Shown here: piece after piece, positions 17,645 to 26,292 of the stretch
Layout: every line of letters starts with the position of its first letter
Numbering within the stretch: the stretch's first letter is position 1
From: Mycobacterium tuberculosis H37Rv
GTDB taxonomy: Bacteria; Actinomycetota; Actinomycetes; Mycobacteriales; Mycobacteriaceae
Length of the DNA stretch: 32,000 nt
Direction of reading: 5' to 3'
Assembly: GCF_000195955.2 (NCBI RefSeq)
Contig: NC_000962.3
Span: 930,001 to 962,000, forward strand
Notes under the pieces: model-generated
The model's input: the letters and a program-made list of their open reading frames with translations, nothing else
What the model was told of the DNA's origin: nothing
The model's database searches: none
Made by a program: the position numbers and the translations under genes

Positions 17645-18468
17645 TGCCGCCACCCCTCGGCGGCCTGTTCGTCGAAGGTGCGGTCAATGCGCTCGAACCT
17701 GCGGCGGATCGAAGCGCGCGAGGCCGCATGCGGAAGGACGTAGAGGCGGTTGGCCAGAATCGCATCGGCTGTTAGCTGGGCGATATCGTCGACGCCCAGG
17801 TTGTCGTCCTGCAGGGGGAGTGGACCGGGCGATCCCGTCGTTGAGGACTGCGCGCAAGCCGCGCCTCGGATTCGTTCAGAGTTGGCAACCAGATTGGTTT
17901 CGACGACCATCGGGCAGAGCACCGACACCCCAATGCCGTCGGCGGTGACCTCGCGGGCCAGCGTCTCCGCCAGACCGACAACCCCGTACTTGGCAACGCC
18001 GTATGCGCCGAGTCCGGCATTGGGCACCAGCCCGGCAAAGGACGCGGTGAACACCACATGCCCGCCCGTGCCCTGCTCAAGCAACCTCGGCAGGAACGCT
18101 TCGACCGTATGGATCGAGCCCCACAGGTCGACGTCGATCACCCAACGCCAGTCGTCGTGCGTCATCTCCACGATCGGACCGCCGACAACGATGCCGGCGT
18201 TGCTGAATACGACATCGACGTGGCCGAGCAGGCGGAAAGCCTCGTCCGCGAGGTGAGTGACCTCTTCTCGATGCCGGACGTCGCACATCACGCTGTGCAC
18301 ATCGAACCCCTCGGCACGCAGGTGGTTCACCGCCTGCCGAAGTCCCGGCTTGTCAACGTCCCCTAGCACGACTCTGGCTCCGCGGCGGGCGAACTCGGTG
18401 CCGGTAGCCAACCCGATGCCACTGGCACCGCCAGTGATGACCGCACCGCGCCCGGGAAACCCGTCCAC
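17641..18468 (-). CDS. Short-chain dehydrogenase/reductase
   Basis: VITGGASGIGLATGTEFARRGARVVLGDVD, NAGI, GAYGVAKYG (YxxxK). 275 aa from GTG 18468, or 278 aa from 18477. Confidence 0.92.
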   Translation of the reverse strand: MDGFPGRGAVITGGASGIGLATGTEFARRGARVVLGDVDKPGLRQAVNHLRAEGFDVHSVMCDVRHREEVTHLADEAFRLLGHVDVVFSNAGIVVGGPIVEMTHDDWRWVIDVDLWGSIHTVEAFLPRLLEQGTGGHVVFTASFAGLVPNAGLGAYGVAKYGVVGLAETLAREVTADGIGVSVLCPMVVETNLVANSERIRGAACAQSSTTGSPGPLPLQDDNLGVDDIAQLTADAILANRLYVLPHAASRASIRRRFERIDRTFDEQAAEGWRH

Positions 18469-18558
18469 AGCACGCAACCCTATTTCAGGCAGTCACCCGC
18501 GTCGACTGCGCCGGGCGAGCGTGATTCTGGCGACGCCACAGCGGCATGTTGCGTCGCG

Positions 18559-19395
18559 GTGTTCACAATCGGTTACAGCTGCGCTAGTCGCGGCGCAGAT
18601 TCATGGTTGATCCGCAGGTGCAGTGTCGTGCAAGGTTGTCTCGACGATCCAGGTGCCACTGTGGAGGCAATCGATGACGACGGATGGCCGCACACCGGCG
18701 ATCCTTGCAGCCCGAATTCGGCGGCCTCCGGCAAATATGGTGAAAGACCAGCTTCGGTGAGTACCGGCGACATTCATTCGTTGGTGATCGCTTCGGACTA
18801 TCGGGTCCCTGATCCCGGTAGAGTGTGGCCGCTGCTGCAGCGCAACAAATCGGCTCTGGCCGACATCGGCGCACACCACGTTCTGATCTACGCGTCAACG
18901 CACGACTCTGGCCGTGTGCTGGTAATGATCGGAGTACGCAGTCGTGAGCCGATCGTGGAATTGCTCCGCTCACGGGTCTTCTTCGACTGGTTCGACGCCA
19001 TGGGCGTCGACGATATCCCGGCGGTCTTCGCCGGCGAGATCGTCGACCGATTTGTCGCGGCGCCTACTACGACTCAGTCCACTCCACGGGTTCCTGGCGT
19101 TGTGGTGGCCGCGTTCGCGTCGGTGAACAACGTGTCCAACCTGACCGCCGAGGTCCGTTCTGCGATAGCCAGGTTTACCGCCGCGGGGATTCGAAAGACC
19201 TGGGTTTTCCAGGCTTTCGACGATGCGCACGAGGTTTTGATCCTGCAGGAGTTTGCCGATGAGGCGGGCGCGCGGCAGTGGATCGAGCATCCCGACGCCG
19301 CCGCCGAATGGATGAGCGGGGCGGGAGTGGGAGCCTACCCACCGCTGTTCGTCGGCCGGTTCTTCGACATGATGCGGATCGAGGCGCTGCAGTGA
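18559..19395 (+). CDS. fadD16: FadD16-type ORF: short AMP-ligase-like remnant fused in frame to an unrelated conserved domain
   Basis: GCLDDPGATVEAIDDDGWPHTGDP resembles the FadD motif, but the remaining about 210 aa (VSTGDIHSLVIASDYRVPDPGRVW...) lacks ligase features. A start at GTG 18757 is plausible. Confidence 0.6.
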   Translation: MFTIGYSCASRGADSWLIRRCSVVQGCLDDPGATVEAIDDDGWPHTGDPCSPNSAASGKYGERPASVSTGDIHSLVIASDYRVPDPGRVWPLLQRNKSALADIGAHHVLIYASTHDSGRVLVMIGVRSREPIVELLRSRVFFDWFDAMGVDDIPAVFAGEIVDRFVAAPTTTQSTPRVPGVVVAAFASVNNVSNLTAEVRSAIARFTAAGIRKTWVFQAFDDAHEVLILQEFADEAGARQWIEHPDAAAEWMSGAGVGAYPPLFVGRFFDMMRIEALQ

Positions 19396-19435
19396 GCGCA
19401 TCGCTGGGCACTCGGCCCGGCCCGGGTCAGCGACC

Positions 19436-21118
19436 TCACTGCGGCGCCATGGATCCCACGAGTTGGCCAAGCAGGCGGGGGATCTCGAGCCGCGGCAACA
19501 CCACCTCGACGAGCACCATCCGGTCCCGCCGTGCTGCGGCGACGGTGAGGGCGTCGTCGAGTTGGCCATAGGTTTGGGCACGGAACGCGAGGTGATTGGT
19601 CACACCCAGCGCGCTGGGAAGCTCGGTCCAATTCCAGCTCACGATGTCGTTGTACGGGGCCGTCTCGCCGTGGATGGCCCGTTCGACCGTGTAACCATCG
19701 TTGTTGACCACCACGATGACCGGGGACAGCCCTTCGCGGGAGAACGTGCCGAGTTCCTGCACGGTCAATTGTGCGGCCCCGTCGCCGATCAACAGCACCG
19801 TACGGCGGTCCGGATGCGCAACCGCGGCCCCGACTGCCGCGGGCAGCGTGTAACCGATTGAGCCCCACAAGGGTTGGCCGATAAAGGTCACTCCTTGCGG
19901 CAACCGGTGGTCCGCCATGCCGTAGAACGACGTCCCCTGGTCGGCGAGCACCACGTTTCCGGGTGTGAGCGCTGAGCAAACCCGGTCCCACACCATCTGC
20001 TGGGTGAGCGGCTCATCGCGCGCCGGCATCGCCGGCGGCGGTTCGGCGGGCGGCGGTACCACCGGCGGCGAACTGATTCCGCGCCCGGTCAGGATGGTGG
20101 CCAGCGCCTGCAGCGCGGCACTCATTTCCAGTGGTGCGAACACCTGGTCGGCCACGCTGCTCTGGTATTGCCCGATGTCGATGGTCCGGGCCGGGTCGAT
20201 CCGCTGGCTGAAGAAGCCGCTGACCATGTCGGTGAACACCACTCCGGCGGTCACCAGCACCGGCGCCCCTTCGATCGCGGCGCGCACCCGTTCGGCGCTG
20301 GCCGCGCCGGCGTAGATTCCCAGGAAGTTCGGCGAGCTCTCGTCGAGCAGGCTCTTCCCCCACATCAACGTGGCGTGCGGCACCACGTCGGCGGCCAACA
20401 GCGCCTCGAGTTCTTTGACGGCCTGCAGGCGATGAACCAACAGATCGGCGAGCACCGTCAACTGGTGGTCGGCAATGAGTTCGATGGCGGCCTTGGTGAA
20501 CAGCGACAGCGCGCGCGGGCTGGTGCCGCCGGGGTAGCGGGGCAACGGCGCAGCGGGCGGTTCAGTGGGGAAGCGTGCTACGTCGCTGGACAGCAATATA
20601 TATCCTGGACGCTTCTGCTCCCGTACCTCGGACAGCACCCGATCTATTTCTCTACCGGCCGTTGCCGGCATGAGATTGGCTTGGGCACAGGTGATTTCAC
20701 GGCTGATCCGGAGAAAGTGCTCGAAGTCGCCGTCGCCGAGGGAATGATGCAATGCCCGGCGAGTGCCCTGGGCGTCTTTGGTCGGGCCGCCAACAATGTG
20801 CACCACTGGCACATGCTCGGCGTAACTGCCCGCGATCGCATTGGTCACCGAGAGCTCGCCGACCCCGAATGTCGTTACCACCGCTGACATCCCACGCAGC
20901 CGCCCGTACCCGTCGGCGGCATACCCGGCATTCAGTTCGTTGGCGCTGCCCACCCACCGGATGGTCGGGTGGGCCACGATGTGGTCGAGGAATTGCAGGT
21001 TGTAGTCGCCGGGAACGCCGAAGATCTCAGAGACGCCGAGTTCGGCGAGCCGGTCGAGTAGGTAGTCGCCGACGGTGTAGACGGGATCGCTGCAGGCATC
21101 GCTCTTCTGGGGTGTCAC
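19436..21118 (-). CDS. pdc: ThDP-dependent pyruvate/indole-3-pyruvate/2-oxoacid decarboxylase
   Basis: 560 aa. [63 protein letters not shown] (intact GDG...NN). Confidence 0.93.
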   Translation of the reverse strand: MTPQKSDACSDPVYTVGDYLLDRLAELGVSEIFGVPGDYNLQFLDHIVAHPTIRWVGSANELNAGYAADGYGRLRGMSAVVTTFGVGELSVTNAIAGSYAEHVPVVHIVGGPTKDAQGTRRALHHSLGDGDFEHFLRISREITCAQANLMPATAGREIDRVLSEVREQKRPGYILLSSDVARFPTEPPAAPLPRYPGGTSPRALSLFTKAAIELIADHQLTVLADLLVHRLQAVKELEALLAADVVPHATLMWGKSLLDESSPNFLGIYAGAASAERVRAAIEGAPVLVTAGVVFTDMVSGFFSQRIDPARTIDIGQYQSSVADQVFAPLEMSAALQALATILTGRGISSPPVVPPPAEPPPAMPARDEPLTQQMVWDRVCSALTPGNVVLADQGTSFYGMADHRLPQGVTFIGQPLWGSIGYTLPAAVGAAVAHPDRRTVLLIGDGAAQLTVQELGTFSREGLSPVIVVVNNDGYTVERAIHGETAPYNDIVSWNWTELPSALGVTNHLAFRAQTYGQLDDALTVAAARRDRMVLVEVVLPRLEIPRLLGQLVGSMAPQ

Positions 21119-21182
21119 GAAGACGACCGTACGCCGGATTGCGGCTATTCCCGACTGGACGCCGATTCGCTATCGTGCGGCC

Positions 21183-21626
21183 ATGGCCATCAAGGAGTCG
21201 CGCGACATAGTTATCGAAGCAAGTCCCGAGGAGATCCTGGATGTCATTGCCGACTTCGAAGCGATGACCGAATGGTCGCCAGCCCATCAGAGCGTCGAAA
21301 TACTCGAGACCGGAGACGACGGGCGGCCCAGCAAGGTGAAGATGAAAGTCAAGACCGCCGGCATCACCGACGAGCAGGTGGTGGCCTATAGCTGGACCGA
21401 CAGATCAGTGCGGTGGACGCTGGTCAGCTCCACCCAGCAGCGCTCGCAGGATGGAAAGTACGAGTTGACACCCAAGGGCGACAACACCCTGGTCCAGTTT
21501 GAGATCACCGTCGACCCGCAGGTGCCACTGCCCGGCTTCGTGCTGAAACGTGCGATCAAAGGGACGATCGACACGGCCACCGAGGCGTTGCGCAGCCAGG
21601 TGTTGAAAGTGAAGAAGGGTCAATAG
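21183..21626 (+). CDS. SRPBCC (polyketide cyclase/START-like) protein, paralogue 1
   Basis: MAIKESRDIVIEASPEEILDVIADFEAMTEWSPAHQSVEILETGDDGRPSKVKM. Confidence 0.87.
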   Translation: MAIKESRDIVIEASPEEILDVIADFEAMTEWSPAHQSVEILETGDDGRPSKVKMKVKTAGITDEQVVAYSWTDRSVRWTLVSSTQQRSQDGKYELTPKGDNTLVQFEITVDPQVPLPGFVLKRAIKGTIDTATEALRSQVLKVKKGQ

Positions 21627-21631
21627 TCGCG

Positions 21632-22711
21632 GTGACGACCGGGGGGCCCCTGGCCGGGGTGAAGGTCATCGAACTCGGTGGTATCGGACCGGGGCCGCAC
21701 GCCGGGATGGTGCTCGCCGACCTGGGTGCTGACGTGGTGCGGGTGCGCCGCCCGGGTGGCCTGACGATGCCGTCCGAAGACCGCGACCTGCTGCACCGTG
21801 GGAAGCGGATCGTCGACCTGGACGTCAAAACGCAACCGCAGGCGATGCTGGAGCTGGCCGCCAAGGCCGATGTGCTGCTGGACTGTTTCCGGCCCGGCAC
21901 TTGCGAGCGCCTCGGCATCGGACCCGACGACTGTGCGTCGGTCAATCCGCGACTGATCTTCGCCCGCATTACCGGTTGGGGACAGGATGGCCCGTTGGCC
22001 TCGACGGCGGGTCACGACATCAACTACCTGTCGCAGACCGGTGCGCTGGCGGCGTTTGGCTACGCCGACCGGCCTCCGATGCCGCCGCTAAACCTGGTTG
22101 CCGACTTCGGCGGCGGCTCGATGCTGGTGCTGCTGGGCATTGTGGTGGCCCTCTACGAACGGGAACGTTCGGGTGTGGGTCAGGTCGTCGATGCTGCGAT
22201 GGTCGACGGGGTTAGCGTGTTGGCGCAGATGATGTGGACCATGAAGGGGATTGGCAGCCTGCGCGACCAGCGCGAATCTTTCCTGCTCGACGGCGGCGCC
22301 CCGTTCTACCGCTGCTACGAAACGTCCGACGGCAAGTACATGGCCGTTGGGGCAATCGAGCCGCAGTTCTTCGCGGCGTTGCTGAGCGGGCTCGGCTTGT
22401 CGGCCGCTGACGTGCCGACTCAGCTCGATGTGGCCGGCTACCCGCAGATGTATGACATCTTCGCCGAGCGATTTGCCAGCCGAACCCGCGACGAGTGGAC
22501 GCGGGTTTTCGCCGGCACTGACGCATGTGTTACGCCGGTGCTGGCGTGGAGCGAAGCCGCCAACAACGATCATTTGAAGGCACGATCGACGGTGATCACC
22601 GCCCATGGTGTCCAGCAGGCCGCGCCCGCTCCCCGATTTTCCCGGACACCGGCCGGGCCGGTCAGGCCGCCGCCGGCCGCAGCCACACCGATCGACGAAA
22701 TCAACTGGTAA
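21632..22711 (+). CDS. far: CaiB/BaiF (alpha-methylacyl-CoA racemase-like) family protein
   Basis: PLAGVKVIELGGIGPGPHAGMVLADLGADVVRVRRP, DVLLDCFRPGTCERLGIGPDD, GWGQDGPLASTAGHDINYLSQTGAL. Confidence 0.91.
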   Translation: MTTGGPLAGVKVIELGGIGPGPHAGMVLADLGADVVRVRRPGGLTMPSEDRDLLHRGKRIVDLDVKTQPQAMLELAAKADVLLDCFRPGTCERLGIGPDDCASVNPRLIFARITGWGQDGPLASTAGHDINYLSQTGALAAFGYADRPPMPPLNLVADFGGGSMLVLLGIVVALYERERSGVGQVVDAAMVDGVSVLAQMMWTMKGIGSLRDQRESFLLDGGAPFYRCYETSDGKYMAVGAIEPQFFAALLSGLGLSAADVPTQLDVAGYPQMYDIFAERFASRTRDEWTRVFAGTDACVTPVLAWSEAANNDHLKARSTVITAHGVQQAAPAPRFSRTPAGPVRPPPAAATPIDEINW

Positions 22712-22824
22712 CCACGGTGGCTGCCGAACACCGCCCACCAACGGCGCGGCGTTGCTAGCGTGAACGTCAGTGGCCGTAAAAGCATCGCGGGAATTTGTCA
22801 TCGACGCGCCTTCCAGAAGTGGTG

Positions 22825-23229
22825 ATGGAGGCGCTGGCAGATGTCGGCGTCCTGGCTTCGTGGTCACCGCTGCACAAACAGGTGGAAGTGATCGACTACT
22901 ACCCGGATGGCCGGCCGCACCATGTGAGGGCAACCGTCAAGATTCTGGGGCTCGTCGACAAAGAGGTCCTCGAATATCACTGGGGCCCGGACTGGGTGTG
23001 CTGGGATGCCGATCAGACCTTCCAGCAACATGGACAGCACATCGAGTACACCGTGAAACCTGAGGGTGTCGATAGGGCCCGGGTGCGCTTCGACATCACC
23101 GTCGAGCCGGCGGGACCGATCCCCGGCTTCATCGTCAAGCGGGCAAGTGAGCATGTGTTGGATGCCGCGGCGAAAGGGCTGCAGAAGTTGATCGCGGGTG
23201 CCGGCGATCAAGGAAACGCGAAATCGTGA
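22825..23229 (+). CDS. SRPBCC protein, paralogue 2, probably N-terminally frameshifted (family start near 22770)
   Basis: MEALADVGVLASWSPLHKQVEVIDYYPDGRPHHVRATVKILG. Upstream MAVKASREFVIDAP lies in another frame (ORF 22770..23063). Confidence 0.78.
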   Translation: MEALADVGVLASWSPLHKQVEVIDYYPDGRPHHVRATVKILGLVDKEVLEYHWGPDWVCWDADQTFQQHGQHIEYTVKPEGVDRARVRFDITVEPAGPIPGFIVKRASEHVLDAAAKGLQKLIAGAGDQGNAKS

Positions 23230-23277
23230 CGATGTGACGGGTCCGCGTAGCGGATCGTGATTGCTAATTTGGTAGCA

Positions 23278-23730
23278 GTGGCTATCCGAGCATCGCGCGA
23301 AGTCGTCATCGAAGCGCCTCCGGAAGTGATCGTGGAGGCGCTCGCCGACATGGACGCTGTGCCGTCTTGGTCTTCAGTGCACAAACGGGTCGAAGTCGTC
23401 GACACTTACTCCGACGGTCGACCACATCACGTGAAGGTCACCATCAAGGTGGCGGGCATCGTCGACACGGAGTTACTGGAGTATCACTGGGGACCCGACT
23501 GGGTGGTGTGGGATGCCGCCAAGACCGCGCAGCAACACGGCCAGCACGGCGAGTACAACCTGCGCCGTGAGGATAACGACAAGACCCGAGTGCGATTCAC
23601 CCTCACGGTCGAACCCTCGGCGCCCCTGCCGGCGTTTTGGGTCAACATTGCCCGCAAGAAGATCCTCCATGCGGCGACGGAAGGACTGCGAAAGCAGGTG
23701 GTGGGGCGCCGACGGTTCACGTCGGGCTAG
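23278..23730 (+). CDS. SRPBCC protein, paralogue 3
   Basis: MAIRASREVVIEAPPEVIVEALADMDAVPSWSSVHKRVEVVDTYSDGRPHHVKVTIKVAG. The track ORF begins at 23257, but paralogue alignment favours GTG 23278. Confidence 0.85.
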   Translation: MAIRASREVVIEAPPEVIVEALADMDAVPSWSSVHKRVEVVDTYSDGRPHHVKVTIKVAGIVDTELLEYHWGPDWVVWDAAKTAQQHGQHGEYNLRREDNDKTRVRFTLTVEPSAPLPAFWVNIARKKILHAATEGLRKQVVGRRRFTSG

Positions 23731-24920
23731 GTAGCGGGTCGCTCGGCGAGCACGCTCAGTCGCCTGATTGCCTCGTCGAGGGTGTCGTCTCGTTTGCAGA
23801 AGGTGAAGCGCACCAGGTGGTTCCACACATCGGCTTGTTGTGAGGCCTGTCCTGCGGCGGGGTCGCAGAACGCCGACATCGGGATGGCGGCCACCCCGAC
23901 TTTCTCCGGTAGCGCCGCACAGAATTCGGTGCTGTCGTCATAACCCAACGGGCGCGGGTCGGCGCATAGGAAGTACGTGCCGTAGCTGTCGTGCACTGCG
24001 AAGCCGATCTCCGTCAGGCCCGCTGCCAGCCGGTCGCGCCGGGCCCGCAACGAGTTCCGAAGGGCCGCCACCCAGGCGTCTTCGGTGTCTAGCGCGAGGG
24101 CGACCGCAGGCTGAAACGGTGCGCCGCCCACATAGCTCAGGTACTGTTTTGCGGCGCGCACCCCGGCGATGAGTTCGGCTGGGCCGCAAGCCCATCCGAT
24201 TTTCCAGCCGGTGCAGTTGAACATCTTGGCCGCACTGGAAATGGTGATCGTGCGCTCGGCCATGCCGTCGAAACCCGCCAGCGGCAGGTGTCTGGCGTGG
24301 TCAAACACTAGGTGCTCGTACACCTCGTCGGTGATCACCACAAGGTTCGCCGCCACCGCGATCTCGGCGATGGCTGCGAGTTCCGTCGCGCTCAGCACCG
24401 CACCGGTCGGATTGTGCGGCGAGTTAATGATCAGCGCCCGAGTTCGCGGGGTCACCGCGCGTCGCAGCGCGTCGGCGTCTAGGGCGAAGCCGCGGCCATC
24501 GGGCACCAGCGGTACGGTCACGCGGTGGGCGCCGGCCATCGCCACCACCGGCGAGTAGGAGTCGTAGAACGGCTCGATCAGCAACACCTCCGAGCCCGGT
24601 TCGACCAGTCCGAGCACCGCTGCGGCGATGGCCTCGGTGGCTCCGACCGTGACCAGCACCTCGGTCTCGGGGTCGTAGTCGACGCCGAAATGGCGCCGCC
24701 GCTGGGCGGCGATGGCCCGCCGTAGCGGAGCGCTTCCAGGGCCGGGCGGGTACTGGTTGACGCCGCCGGCGATGGCGTCTTGGGCGGCCTGCAGCATCTT
24801 CGGCGGGCCGTCCTCGTCGGGAAAGCCCTGTCCCAGGTTGACCGCGCCGATACGGGTGGCCAGCGCGGACATTTCGGCGAACACCGTGGTCGCATACGGC
24901 CGCAGCCGCGACACCGTCAT
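23727..24920 (-). CDS. dapC: PLP-dependent aminotransferase class I/II (probable N-succinyldiaminopimelate aminotransferase)
   Basis: 397 aa. INLGQGFPDEDGP-like start, NSPHNPTG, SSAAKMFNCTGWKIGW (PLP Lys). Confidence 0.9.
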   Translation of the reverse strand: MTVSRLRPYATTVFAEMSALATRIGAVNLGQGFPDEDGPPKMLQAAQDAIAGGVNQYPPGPGSAPLRRAIAAQRRRHFGVDYDPETEVLVTVGATEAIAAAVLGLVEPGSEVLLIEPFYDSYSPVVAMAGAHRVTVPLVPDGRGFALDADALRRAVTPRTRALIINSPHNPTGAVLSATELAAIAEIAVAANLVVITDEVYEHLVFDHARHLPLAGFDGMAERTITISSAAKMFNCTGWKIGWACGPAELIAGVRAAKQYLSYVGGAPFQPAVALALDTEDAWVAALRNSLRARRDRLAAGLTEIGFAVHDSYGTYFLCADPRPLGYDDSTEFCAALPEKVGVAAIPMSAFCDPAAGQASQQADVWNHLVRFTFCKRDDTLDEAIRRLSVLAERPAT

Positions 24921-25076
24921 GGCGGTCGAGCCTATCCGGGCGACGATGCGCGCCGCAGCGATACCTTGCCCAACCAACAGGTTGGCCGGGGGCCCTGTTA
25001 GGGTGCCGGTACGGGACCTAGTCTTGAAGAAGGATCCAAACCCCCTTTTGTGGAATTTGTGGAACAGGAAATCGAC

Positions 25077-26288
25077 ATGTCCGAAGAAGCCTTCATCTAC
25101 GAGGCCATCCGCACCCCGCGCGGCAAACAAAAGAACGGATCGTTGCACGAAGTCAAGCCATTGAGCCTGGTCGTCGGCCTGATCGACGAGCTGCGCAAGC
25201 GCCATCCCGACCTCGACGAGAACCTGATCAGCGACGTCATCTTGGGCTGCGTCTCACCGGTGGGCGACCAGGGCGGCGACATCGCCCGCGCCGCAGTGCT
25301 GGCATCGGGCATGCCGGTCACCTCCGGCGGTGTGCAGCTCAACCGGTTCTGCGCGTCCGGCCTGGAGGCCGTCAACACCGCCGCGCAGAAGGTGCGTTCG
25401 GGCTGGGATGACCTGGTGCTGGCCGGCGGCGTGGAGTCGATGAGCCGGGTGCCGATGGGCTCCGACGGCGGCGCTATGGGCCTGGACCCGGCGACCAACT
25501 ACGACGTCATGTTCGTCCCGCAGAGCATCGGCGCCGACCTGATCGCCACCATCGAGGGCTTCTCCCGCGAAGACGTCGACGCCTACGCGCTACGCAGCCA
25601 GCAAAAGGCCGCCGAGGCGTGGTCGGGCGGCTACTTCGCCAAGTCGGTGGTGCCGGTGCGCGACCAGAACGGCCTGCTGATCCTCGATCATGACGAACAC
25701 ATGCGGCCGGACACCACCAAGGAGGGTCTGGCCAAGCTGAAGCCGGCCTTCGAAGGCCTGGCCGCGCTGGGCGGTTTCGACGACGTGGCGCTGCAGAAGT
25801 ACCACTGGGTGGAAAAGATCAACCACGTACACACCGGCGGCAACAGCTCGGGGATCGTCGACGGTGCCGCGCTGGTGATGATCGGTTCCGCGGCCGCCGG
25901 CAAGTTGCAGGGCCTGACTCCGCGGGCGCGCATCGTCGCCACCGCCACCAGCGGCGCCGACCCGGTGATCATGCTCACCGGCCCCACCCCGGCCACCCGC
26001 AAGGTGCTCGACCGCGCCGGGCTGACCGTCGACGACATCGACCTGTTCGAGCTCAACGAGGCGTTCGCGTCGGTGGTGCTGAAGTTCCAGAAGGACCTCA
26101 ACATTCCCGACGAGAAGCTCAACGTCAACGGTGGCGCCATCGCGATGGGCCACCCGCTGGGTGCCACCGGCGCGATGATCCTGGGCACCATGGTCGACGA
26201 ACTGGAGCGCCGCAACGCCCGACGTGCACTCATCACGCTGTGCATCGGGGGCGGCATGGGTGTCGCGACGATCATCGAGAGGGTTTAA
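25077..26288 (+). CDS. fadA: Acetyl-CoA acyltransferase / thiolase
   Basis: [18 protein letters not shown] active Cys, [27 protein letters not shown]. Confidence 0.94.
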
Positions 26289-26292
26289 CAGC

